From Gemmatimonadota bacterium (GTDB lineage: Bacteria; Gemmatimonadota; Gemmatimonadetes; Gemmatimonadales; GWC2-71-9): 42,157 nucleotides of DNA. The notes beneath the pieces were generated by a model, which saw only the letters and a list, made by a program, of their open reading frames with translations, searched no databases and was not told the DNA's origin. Within the stretch, counting starts at the first letter, position 1. Every line of letters starts with the position of its first letter. The translations under genes were made by a program, and so were the position numbers. The DNA lies in contig JBDHKN010000041.1 of assembly GCA_039586365.1 (NCBI GenBank), positions 1 to 42,157 of the forward strand, written 5' to 3'. Shown here piece by piece: positions 17,944-26,366 of the stretch.

Positions 17944-20639
17944 ACCCTCAAGCCCCTGGTGCAGATCCGCCGCGCGCTGCCGAGCAACTGCTACTCCGGC
18001 TGCTTCCGAGGAGCGTCGCCGGTCTGAGCATCGTTGGCGATCTGGGGGAGGAGTATCGCGATCTTGCACTCCGCATCGGCGCGGTGGCAGCCGCACGTTG
18101 GTACTGGCGTCAAGCGCTAGCCTTGGCTGCTCGCTACAACTGGATTCGGTTACGGGCATCTCTGACGAGCGACCGCCCCGCCAAGGGCTGGCAAAGCAGG
18201 AATTCTACCATGAGAAACGCAACGCAGGATTTTCGCTACGGAACTCGGCGCCTCATCCGCAGTCCCGCATTCTCTGTGATCGTCATAGTCACGCTCGCCC
18301 TGGGTATCGGCGCGAACACGACGATCTTCAGCATCGTCAACAGCTTGCTGCTGAGGCCGCTGCCTTACCCGGAGCCTGAGCAGCTAGTCACGCTCAACCA
18401 CATCTACCCATCCGTCGATCTCGTAGCGGGAGTCTCCCCGCCGGGATTCCGCGATTATCGAGACCGAACTCAGAGCTTTGAGAGCGTTGCCATCACCAGG
18501 GGTTGGTCCGCCAATCTGACCGGGGTCGGCGAGCCTGTGCGCGTCACGGGCAGTCGGGTATCGGCTGACTACTTCAAGACCTACGGGATCGCTCCGGCCA
18601 TCGGCAGGTCGTTCCTCGCCGAGGAGGACAGCCCCGGCAACGAGCACGTCGTGGTGCTAAGCGACGGCTTCTGGAAGCTGCGACTGGGTAGCGATCCAGC
18701 AGTGCTGGGAAGGACCGTACTCTTAAACGACGAGTCGTATCAGGTGATCGGTGTGCTGCCCCCGGAGTTCGAGGATTGCTTCAATCGCGACCGCGAGTAC
18801 TGGGTGCCGATCGCGCTACCGCCCGAGCAGTTTGGTGACGACTACAGATTCTCCGAGAACCAGCAGTCGGTAGCCCGACTCAGGCCCGGCGTCACTGTGG
18901 CGCTGGCGGCGCGAGAGATCACCAACTTGGCCGAGACCATCAAGTCTGAGCTGTCGCGAGACTACCCAGCCGATTGGACCGTGCGGGTCACCTCGCTGCA
19001 CGACAGGATGAGGAGCGGTTACCGATCCACGTTGCTGGTGCTGCTCGGCGCGGTGGGATTCGTACTCCTCATCACCTGTGCCAACGTCGCCAACCTGTTG
19101 CTGGCCAGGGGGATCGGACGCCAGAAAGAAATCGCGATCCGGCAGGCGCTGGGCGCTGGCCGGGGCCAGGTGATCCGTCAGCTTCTGGCGGAGAGCATGG
19201 TACTGTCGTTGGTCGGGGGTGTGGCGGGGCTGCTGCTGGCTTCGTGGGGAATCAACGCGATCGTGGCGATAGGGCCCGAGGTGCTGCAGACCACTCAGGT
19301 TACGATAGACGCACGAGTGTTGTTCTTCACGCTAGGTGTCGCGATGCTCGCTGGTGTGCTGTTCGGACTCGCTCCTGCGGTGCAGGGAACCCGCAGCGAC
19401 GTCCAGAGCACTCTCCGTGAGGGGGGGCAGTCGTCGCGTGCGGACCGCACCGGTCACGGACTGCGCAGGACACTGATCGTCGCGGAGTTCGCTCTCGCGC
19501 TGATCCTGCTCGCCGGCTCGGGCCTCATGATCAAGACTATCGCCGGACTGCGGCAGGTCGATCCCGGTTTCAACCCCGATCACATCTTGGCGGCTGGCAT
19601 TCAACTGCCACAAGCTCGATACCCAGACGTCGCTTCCAGGGTTGCCTTCTACGACCAGCTCCTCGCGGAGCTGGGGGCGCAGCCCGGCATCAGGGCAGTG
19701 GCGACGACCAGCGTGCTTCCGTTTGGCGGGAACTGGAGTACCTCCAGTTTCAGTGTCGAGGGATATGTTCCAGATGACAACAGCCCTCCGCCGTGGGGTG
19801 ACATCCGCATCGTAAGTCCGGGATACGCGGAGACTCTCGAGATCCCGCTGATACAGGGCCGGTTCTTCGACCTGACCGACGGGCCGGAGTCACAGCTAGT
19901 TGCGGTCGTGGACGAAGAGATGGCGCGGCGCTTCTGGCCCGATCAGGACCCCATCGGCAAACGCGTGACCTTCGACGATGCGGACGACCCGGACGCACAG
20001 TGGATCAGAGTCATCGGCGTGGTCGGTCACACGTTGCACGCTGGGCTAGACGATGACATTCGCATCCAGCTATACGGCTCTTCCCGGCAGTTCGGTGGCT
20101 CGGCAGCCACGATCGTGCTGCGGACCGAGACCGACCCTGAAGCCATGGTATCGACTCTCCGGCAAACCGTTCTCTTGGTGGATCCCAGCCAGCCAATCTC
20201 CGACGTGCGCGTAATGGAAGAACTCGTCACCGAGTCCATCGGCAACCGCCGCCTGCTCATGGTACTACTCACATTGTTCTCCGGACTTGCCATGCTGCTC
20301 GCTTCACTGGGCATCTACGGCATCATGGCGCACATGGTGCGCGAACGTTCCAGGGAGCTAGGACTCAGGATGGCGCTCGGTGCCACACGGCCTACTCTCT
20401 TCAACCTCGTCCTCAAGAGCGGACTCAGGCTCGCCGGCTTCGGGTTGTTGCTAGGAGTCGCAGGCTCGTTTGCGCTGACTCGTGTGATGCAGAGTCAGTT
20501 GTTCAATGTCGCAGCAACAGACCCGATCACCCTCGCTGTAGTGGTTGGCATCCTCATGGGCGTAGCGGTCCTGGCCATATGCATCCCAGCGAATCGCGCC
20601 GCGAGGGTGGACCCGATCTCGAATTTGAGATCGGAGTAG
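17940..20639 (+). CDS. ADOP-type duplicated MacB/FtsX ABC permease (orphan)
   Basis: GTGA overlap with padR; QDFRYG.R.L, TLALGIGANTTIFS, LLITCANVANLLLAR, EIAIRQALGA, ELGLRMALGA and RAARVDP motifs. Confidence 0.93.
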   Translation: MNPQAPGADPPRAAEQLLLRLLPRSVAGLSIVGDLGEEYRDLALRIGAVAAARWYWRQALALAARYNWIRLRASLTSDRPAKGWQSRNSTMRNATQDFRYGTRRLIRSPAFSVIVIVTLALGIGANTTIFSIVNSLLLRPLPYPEPEQLVTLNHIYPSVDLVAGVSPPGFRDYRDRTQSFESVAITRGWSANLTGVGEPVRVTGSRVSADYFKTYGIAPAIGRSFLAEEDSPGNEHVVVLSDGFWKLRLGSDPAVLGRTVLLNDESYQVIGVLPPEFEDCFNRDREYWVPIALPPEQFGDDYRFSENQQSVARLRPGVTVALAAREITNLAETIKSELSRDYPADWTVRVTSLHDRMRSGYRSTLLVLLGAVGFVLLITCANVANLLLARGIGRQKEIAIRQALGAGRGQVIRQLLAESMVLSLVGGVAGLLLASWGINAIVAIGPEVLQTTQVTIDARVLFFTLGVAMLAGVLFGLAPAVQGTRSDVQSTLREGGQSSRADRTGHGLRRTLIVAEFALALILLAGSGLMIKTIAGLRQVDPGFNPDHILAAGIQLPQARYPDVASRVAFYDQLLAELGAQPGIRAVATTSVLPFGGNWSTSSFSVEGYVPDDNSPPPWGDIRIVSPGYAETLEIPLIQGRFFDLTDGPESQLVAVVDEEMARRFWPDQDPIGKRVTFDDADDPDAQWIRVIGVVGHTLHAGLDDDIRIQLYGSSRQFGGSAATIVLRTETDPEAMVSTLRQTVLLVDPSQPISDVRVMEELVTESIGNRRLLMVLLTLFSGLAMLLASLGIYGIMAHMVRERSRELGLRMALGATRPTLFNLVLKSGLRLAGFGLLLGVAGSFALTRVMQSQLFNVAATDPITLAVVVGILMGVAVLAICIPANRAARVDPISNLRSE

Positions 20640-20656
20640 GGCGGCGGAACGCCGCC
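20640..20656 (+). terminator. GC-rich hairpin between convergent genes (possible terminator)
   Basis: GGCGGCG-GAA-CGCCGCC immediately after the ADOP stop; no U-tract. Confidence 0.35.
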
Positions 20657-20748
20657 GGAGGAGGCTTGCTAAGGTGGAAGCATCGGGACGGCAAGCACCC
20701 GGTAACTAGCGAGAACGCGCCCACTCGGCGGCGTGGACCAAGGCGGGC

Positions 20749-21801
20749 TCAGCGCCGACCCACGGCCCACGCTTGAGCTCTCAGCTCTTCGATCAACCCG
20801 GCGTCGACCCAGTAGATGTCTGACCTACCGTTTCCCGAGTGCGTGTAAATGCTCGTGATGGTGTCACGCGTGATTGTCTCCGGCAGCTCCTCCCAGGGGG
20901 TGCGGCGGGATGACATGAAGAAGAGATACCTGCCATCTCGTGACACAAAGGGGGAATACTCCCCATCATCAGGTGTGTTGACACGCTCGCCCATGTTGAG
21001 CGGCTCACTCCAGGTGTCTTCTTCGCTGCGGAACACGATGTAGTAATCGGTGCCGCCCCTACTGTCGTCTCGGCCGCTCACCGGCACTATGAGGTAGCTC
21101 TCGTCAGGTGCGATGAAAGCGTTGTACTGGGATTGGGTCGAGTTGACCTGCGGTGGCAGGCGCTCGGCCTCTCGGTAGGACCCATTCACCAATCGTGAGC
21201 GGTAGATGTAACTCTCGCGGGTGTCGGGGTCGGAGCGCGTGAAGTAGACGGTGCCGTCCCGCGTGACGGAGGGAAAGAACTCGGCGCTGTCGCTGTTGAC
21301 GGGAGGGCCGAGATTGTAGGGCTCGCCCCAGTCATCCCCGATTCGGTCCACCACCCATATGTCCTGGTTCGCCCACTCGCCGCGCTCATCGGGCTCGAGC
21401 ACAATGCCGTCTGGGCTGCGATCCGACAGGAAGAACAGCTTGCCGCCGTCCGGCGAAACGTGCGGCTCTATCTCCTGGTGGGCCGCATCGGACGAGAACG
21501 GCACGACCTCGGGTGATGTCCAGCGGCCGTCCACCAGCTTCGTTCCCAGAATCACCGAAAGGCCTGCCTCCATGACGCAGAAGTACAGCTCACTGCCGTC
21601 CGGCGTCATCGCAATGTCGCGGGTGTACATGCCGGTGGATACGATGCCCGGTGCAAAGAGCTGCGGTACGTCTCCGGGCGGCACCTGGCCGAGGTACTCA
21701 CCCGTCAGCTCCGGAAAGCTCGTATCAGCAAGCTCGGTCCGAGTGCCGCAACCCAAAACGACAGAGCAGGCGCAGCCTGCGGCGATTGTCAGTCGTAACA
21801 T
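20749..21801 (-). CDS. PD40 (WD40-like/TolB-like beta-propeller) lipoprotein
   Basis: Start ATG 21801; lipobox VLGC; YLGQ.PPG..P..FAPGIVST followed by repeated P.vSpDG..LFF.S.R units. Confidence 0.85.
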   Translation of the reverse strand: MLRLTIAAGCACSVVLGCGTRTELADTSFPELTGEYLGQVPPGDVPQLFAPGIVSTGMYTRDIAMTPDGSELYFCVMEAGLSVILGTKLVDGRWTSPEVVPFSSDAAHQEIEPHVSPDGGKLFFLSDRSPDGIVLEPDERGEWANQDIWVVDRIGDDWGEPYNLGPPVNSDSAEFFPSVTRDGTVYFTRSDPDTRESYIYRSRLVNGSYREAERLPPQVNSTQSQYNAFIAPDESYLIVPVSGRDDSRGGTDYYIVFRSEEDTWSEPLNMGERVNTPDDGEYSPFVSRDGRYLFFMSSRRTPWEELPETITRDTITSIYTHSGNGRSDIYWVDAGLIEELRAQAWAVGRR

Positions 21802-22193
21802 TCCGGAACACCCTTTCTGCTCATGGCATGATCGTGACCGGTGGATCTGCGTCGAGAAGGTGCCCCCATCCCTGGCGACCACGATCTCCTGCACACACTC
21901 CGCTGGAGCTGATGGATTCCTGCTAGCGTGCCACGCCGCCCAACTGAGCGAGCTGTCGCGCCAGCCACCATCGCCGCGCCGGGCACATAGAGACCTCTCC
22001 CCTCAGCTCGGGTTGTCTCTCTGGTCGTCACCACCACCGGGGCCCGACACAGTATAGCGCTCCGGCCAACCCAGTAATACCTGGTTTGCTCTGGCTGCTA
22101 ACAACCGGTCTCAATTCAGCCCCTTCACGAGACCTGGTGACGGACCAAGAGGGCTGGACTATCTCTCCTCGCAGGCATGCCCCGCAGAGGTGT

Positions 22194-22211
22194 TTGTGAA
22201 TTGTGTCACGA
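22194..22211. promoter_or_regulatory. CRP-like or Rex-like palindromic site
   Basis: TTGTGAATTGTGTCACGA reads as TGTGA-N6-TCACG (9/10 to the CRP core) and matches 12/14 to Rex TTGTGAA-N4-TTCACAA. Confidence 0.5.
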
Positions 22212-22370
22212 AACTGCGCTCGCCTTTACAGTGTCTCCACCCTATAGTTGTGCCGCTACGGACTACCGGAGTTGTCTGAATGGGACAACATCACAGATCA
22301 TCTCGAGATGGCTCTCGCGGGCCGCGGGGCGTGGCTGAGCCATCTATCGAGTCCCACCGCCCACCGATTC

Positions 22371-22676
22371 ATGAGCTGGAACGTGGATAGACCCGGGGCG
22401 ATTTTGCAGCGACCGGCGAGTTCACCGACCGGCCAGGCCGGGCCAACCTCTGGTGTTGGGCTGCCGCCGGATCTCCTGGAGAAAGCACGCGACCGTGTGA
22501 AGCTGATCGCGCTGCTGGTGCTCGGCGCGCCAGGACGGTCGCGATCTACCTGCCTCGTGCGCCAGCGCTTCATGCCGCCGGTCCATCATCGTTGGATCGG
22601 TCCACTGTTCATTCTGCTGGCCGTTCTGGCCGTCCAGCTCCCAATCCCGTTCTCCCGTCTCCTGCGCATCCCCTGA
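22371..22676 (+). pseudogene. Short ORF, probably a truncated or chimeric gene remnant
   Basis: GLPPDLLEKARDRVKLIALLVLGA resembles the start of a membrane protein, then the sequence changes abruptly; a second hydrophobic patch lies at the end. No complete domain is recognisable. Confidence 0.35.
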
Positions 22677-22734
22677 GAGTCCAACGACTCAGGCCGGTGT
22701 GATGTGACCACCCATATACCTCTCTTAAATGACC

Positions 22735-22808
22735 ATCTTGCGTATCGATTGAAACATGTTATTTTATTTTCGTAAAACATAAAAGCGAACCGGTTATAAG
22801 AAGGAGCG
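22735..22808 (+). promoter_or_regulatory. AT-rich promoter/operator region of the blaI-like operon
   Basis: Marked AT-rich island with TTGCGT and TTGAAA -35 candidates, TGnTATTTT, the palindrome AACATGTT, the inverted repeat ATGTT-N15-AACAT and RBS AAGGAG. Confidence 0.55.
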
Positions 22809-22813
22809 GAACA

Positions 22814-23188
22814 GTGGCCAGCCATCTCACCAAGCGAGAGTTGGATCTCATGTCTGTGCTGTGGCGACACGGCTCGGCCACGGTCGCCGAAGTGCTGGAC
22901 GAGATACCGGATGAGATCAGCTACTCCACCGTAATGACCGTCATGCGCACGCTCGAGACCAAGGGCCACGTGCGGCACCAGCAGGAAGGAAAGGCGTTCA
23001 GGTTCTTCCCGGTCACAGAGTCAGAGGAGGCAGGTGACTCGGCAGTGGGTCGGATCCTCCAGAAGGTCTACCACGGCTCCCGCGAACTCATGGTGAACCG
23101 GCTCGTCTCCGACGAGGACGTCTCGGCCGACGAGATCAGGCGCATAAAGGAGTACTTAGAGCAGCGGCTCGAGGAACTGGAACGATGA
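22814..23188 (+). CDS. BlaI/MecI/CopY family transcriptional repressor
   Basis: LTKRELDLMSVLW..G.ATV.EV and YSTVMTVMRTLETKGHV motifs; GTG start after AAGGAG. Confidence 0.93.
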   Translation: MASHLTKRELDLMSVLWRHGSATVAEVLDEIPDEISYSTVMTVMRTLETKGHVRHQQEGKAFRFFPVTESEEAGDSAVGRILQKVYHGSRELMVNRLVSDEDVSADEIRRIKEYLEQRLEELER

Positions 23189-24477
23189 TCGCCACGTGGA
23201 TGCCGTACGCGGTTGCCGTGTCACTCATCTTCGGTCTCGCTGGGATGGCGCTGGAGCAGAGCCTGAGGCTCGCCAGGCTACCGGGCCGATGGGGCGTGGC
23301 GGCTGCACTGCTGGGCTCTATCTTGGTGCCCATCGTTACCCGGGAGGCCCCGGCGTCAGCTCAGGAGACTCTCACACCCGCCGTGCTCAGCGACCCGTTT
23401 GGTGTCGCGGCCCAGGGTCTCCAGACGATTCCCACCTCAATAGACCTAGGCGCGCTTGACCTGCCGCTCGTCGGGCTCTGGATCGCCGGTGCGTTTCTGG
23501 CCCTCGGCCTCGTTATCGGTACGCAGCTCAGGGTACTCAAGGATGCGCGCGAGTGTTCTGAGAGCGTGGTGCACGGAGTGCGCGTGCGGCGGACGCGGTC
23601 GTTCGGGCCCGCCACAGTGGGGTGTGTGAAGAGCTTCATCGTACTCCCCGCCTGGGCCGATCATCTCGACGCCGAGTCGGTACGGCTGATGGTGCTGCAC
23701 GAGCGTGAGCATCTAAATGCCCGCGATCCCCAGTTGCTGTTCGCGGCTCTGGTATTGACCGCGCTCCAGCCGTGGAATCTCGCTCTCTGGTGGCAGCTCA
23801 GGCGCTTGCGGAATGCGATTGAGTTGGACTGTGATCAGCGGGTTCTCGCGACGGGGGCGGATATCCTGTCGTACGTCAGCCTGCTGCTCCGGTTCGCTGC
23901 GAGCCGGGCTCCCACGCGGGTAGCAGCCCTCGCGCTAGCCAACACCAAGACATTCATGGCTCGGAGGGTAAGGACCATGGCAGACCACACGGCCAAGTCC
24001 AAGTACGTGAAGGCGTCGTTCGCCGCACTGTTCGCGGTGTCGTTGGTGGTGCTGGGCTGCGAGACCCCCTCACCTGTGCAGGTGGAAGGGCCCGCCCAGC
24101 CCGTGCTGGTTGGGGAAACGCCTGGTGTGGACGGCGACATACGTGTCCAATCCGAGCACGGGATCAGCGCCAATCCGCTGGTGGAATACAGGGTGACCGC
24201 GGAGCGAATCGACGAAGTGCTGCAGTATCTGCGAGAAGAAGGGGTGAGCCGAGCAATCAGGGACGGCGGTGAGGTCCGGGTCAAGCTCAGGCCCATCTTG
24301 CTGCGCCTGTGGGAGGAAGGTGCGCTGCAGGAAATGCCGCCGTCGGACGATCCGCCGCTCAGCTTCTTGTTCGAGACGCGGGACGGTGCTCCCCTGGGCT
24401 TGATTCGCCTCTACGAAGAAGAGCGCGAACCGCGCGTGCTGCTCTTCAAGACAATCCCGCTGCCCGGAGGCAATTGA
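23185..24477 (+). CDS. M56 family (BlaR1/MecR1-type) membrane metallopeptidase with an unknown C-terminal domain
   Basis: GPATVG...IVLP, zinc motif HEREH, PWNLALWW and ELDCDQRVL; ATGA overlap with blaI; no penicillin-binding sensor domain. Confidence 0.9.
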   Translation: MIATWMPYAVAVSLIFGLAGMALEQSLRLARLPGRWGVAAALLGSILVPIVTREAPASAQETLTPAVLSDPFGVAAQGLQTIPTSIDLGALDLPLVGLWIAGAFLALGLVIGTQLRVLKDARECSESVVHGVRVRRTRSFGPATVGCVKSFIVLPAWADHLDAESVRLMVLHEREHLNARDPQLLFAALVLTALQPWNLALWWQLRRLRNAIELDCDQRVLATGADILSYVSLLLRFAASRAPTRVAALALANTKTFMARRVRTMADHTAKSKYVKASFAALFAVSLVVLGCETPSPVQVEGPAQPVLVGETPGVDGDIRVQSEHGISANPLVEYRVTAERIDEVLQYLREEGVSRAIRDGGEVRVKLRPILLRLWEEGALQEMPPSDDPPLSFLFETRDGAPLGLIRLYEEEREPRVLLFKTIPLPGGN

Positions 24478-26270
24478 TGCAAGGCTTCATCGGTAGGTCG
24501 CATCGCGCGATCTTGCTGTGGATCTTCTTGACGGCTGTGGGAATCCCGGCGCTGGCGCAAGACATTCACACCGCTGCCGAAGCCGGAGACCTGGCACAGG
24601 TGACGGCTCTCCTGGCAGAGAATCCGCAACTGCTGGACGCAGCGAACGAGCGGGGCCTCACGCCACTGCACCTGGCGGCGCGACGCGGTCACAGTGACGT
24701 CGTTCGGTTGCTGATCGAGCGGGGCGCTGATCTGGAGCAGACCGACGAGCTTGGCTTCACCGCGCTGCTGTACGCCGCGAGCAGCATGGACCTCGACCTC
24801 GTGCAATACCTGGTGTCAAATGGCGCCGACGTGACCGTAATGGGGCAGAGTCCGCGCATGCGACTGGCGAGTACCGGCGCGGAGGTCGTAGAGCAAGAAG
24901 GGCAGGGCATCTCGGCAGCCGACGTGGCGTTTCAGCACGAGGTGCAACAGGGCGGGTCGGCGTTGACCCAGTATCTGATCGACAAGGGTGCTGCGTTCGA
25001 CCCCAACGCACTTGTCATGCGCGGGCTGGGCAAGCTCGACTTCGCGGTTCCGCACGGCAACGTAGACATGGTTCGGCTCTTGGTCGAACTCGGAGTGGAC
25101 CCCAACGCTCCGAGCGCCTACCCGCTGAGTCCCCTATTCAATGCCTGCTTGATGGGGCATATCGAGATCGTAGAGACGCTGTTGGGGGCCGGCGCTGATG
25201 TCGATGCGCCCAGCTATGAGGGCAATGTGCCCATTGCCGCGGCCACCACACGCGGCCACGCTGACGTCGTCAGACTCTTGCTGGACCACGGTGCACGATC
25301 GGATTTCGTGCAGGAGAGCACGGGCAGGAACCTACTTCACCTCGCCGTGTTGAGCGGTAGCCTCGAGATTGTCGATCAACTCCTGTCCCGAGGCGTCGCA
25401 CTCGACGAACCGGACAACGATGGTAGGACTTCGCTCTACTATGCTGGTCGCTACGGTCACCGTAGCGTGTACGACCGCCTGATCGAACACGGCGCGAGCG
25501 CGAGCGACGACGTTGAGACGCGCTTCGGTCGGTCCCTGCACCTCGAGCGCACGTTGACCGACGGTGAAGCCATCGCATGGTACCTGAATCACCGTGGCTG
25601 GGCCATCAAGACGAGCAAGCACTTCCTGGTCTTCGACGCCGAGGAGTTCGGCGTCACTCGGCCCACCGATCCCGTGCTCGCCAACGGCTTCCTCACACCT
25701 GCGGAAATTGGCGGTCAGAACTTAGTCGCACTGTACAGCGCCTATCACGGTGAGATCGGCGAGCACGCGTACATCCATGAGATCGAGGACTCCCTCGCGA
25801 GCGTCACCTACGTCCACAACGCGGGTGACCGTTGGCGAGGCTCCGATGCCACCGTCTACCTCTCACCGCGCGACCAAACGTCGGTCGGCGACATCGAGGT
25901 AGTGACCGTCCCGGTAACTGAGACCATGACTTCGCTCGGCTATCTTGTGAAAGTCGACGGGCTGGTGGTCTACTACGCCGGCTTCCGCGCTGAAGACGTG
26001 GAGCAGTTCGAGCCAGAGATCGATTTCCTGGCAGCGCAGACCGATCACATTGATCTGGCGTTCCTGCAGTGGGTTGGGCCCGACGAAGATGACAACGAAG
26101 TGAGGCAGTTCGTCGAGCGCTTCGATCCGCGGGCCGTGCTCGTTCTCAGTCCCGATCGGAGGGAGGACCTGTTCCCCGAGATGGCCGACCGCTTGCGGGC
26201 CTGGGGGTTCGAGGGGGAGATCTTCACTGCAGCGAATGCGGGGGATGAGTTTGTCTTCAAGAGACGGTGA
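24477..26270 (+). CDS. Exported ankyrin-repeat protein with a C-terminal metallo-beta-lactamase-like fold
   Basis: TGATG overlap; signal peptide ending PALA; many G.TPLH.AA..G-type repeats; tail with WYLNHRGWAIKT..LVFD, GYLVKVDGLVVYYAG and IDLAFL. Confidence 0.8.
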   Translation: MQGFIGRSHRAILLWIFLTAVGIPALAQDIHTAAEAGDLAQVTALLAENPQLLDAANERGLTPLHLAARRGHSDVVRLLIERGADLEQTDELGFTALLYAASSMDLDLVQYLVSNGADVTVMGQSPRMRLASTGAEVVEQEGQGISAADVAFQHEVQQGGSALTQYLIDKGAAFDPNALVMRGLGKLDFAVPHGNVDMVRLLVELGVDPNAPSAYPLSPLFNACLMGHIEIVETLLGAGADVDAPSYEGNVPIAAATTRGHADVVRLLLDHGARSDFVQESTGRNLLHLAVLSGSLEIVDQLLSRGVALDEPDNDGRTSLYYAGRYGHRSVYDRLIEHGASASDDVETRFGRSLHLERTLTDGEAIAWYLNHRGWAIKTSKHFLVFDAEEFGVTRPTDPVLANGFLTPAEIGGQNLVALYSAYHGEIGEHAYIHEIEDSLASVTYVHNAGDRWRGSDATVYLSPRDQTSVGDIEVVTVPVTETMTSLGYLVKVDGLVVYYAGFRAEDVEQFEPEIDFLAAQTDHIDLAFLQWVGPDEDDNEVRQFVERFDPRAVLVLSPDRREDLFPEMADRLRAWGFEGEIFTAANAGDEFVFKRR

Positions 26271-26323
26271 GGGACGGTGAGGGTCCACCCTCCCCCACCA
26301 TCCCTCACCGTCTTTCACCGTCC
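26259..26323. repeat. Inverted array of 10-bp units (ACCGTCCCTC-like), hairpin-forming
   Basis: About 2.5 GAGGGACGGT-type units face four ACCnTCyyyC units; perfect 13-bp inverted repeat at 26262-26274 / 26301-26313, between convergent genes. Confidence 0.75.
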
Positions 26324-26366
26324 GCTACTGAGTGGCCCGCCGCTCGTGCAGGGTGTCACTGGCGCG

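Noticed and set aside
17940..20639. MacAB-TolC macrolide efflux assignment for the three permeases
   Set aside because: There is no fused or adjacent ATPase, adaptor or TolC; the architecture matches orphan ADOP permeases.
22814..26270. Bona fide beta-lactam resistance locus (blaI-blaR1-bla)
   Set aside because: The M56 protein lacks the penicillin-binding sensor domain, and the MBL-like domain lacks HxHxDH.
26259..26323. CRISPR array
   Set aside because: Units are 10 bp with no spacers, and no cas genes are present.
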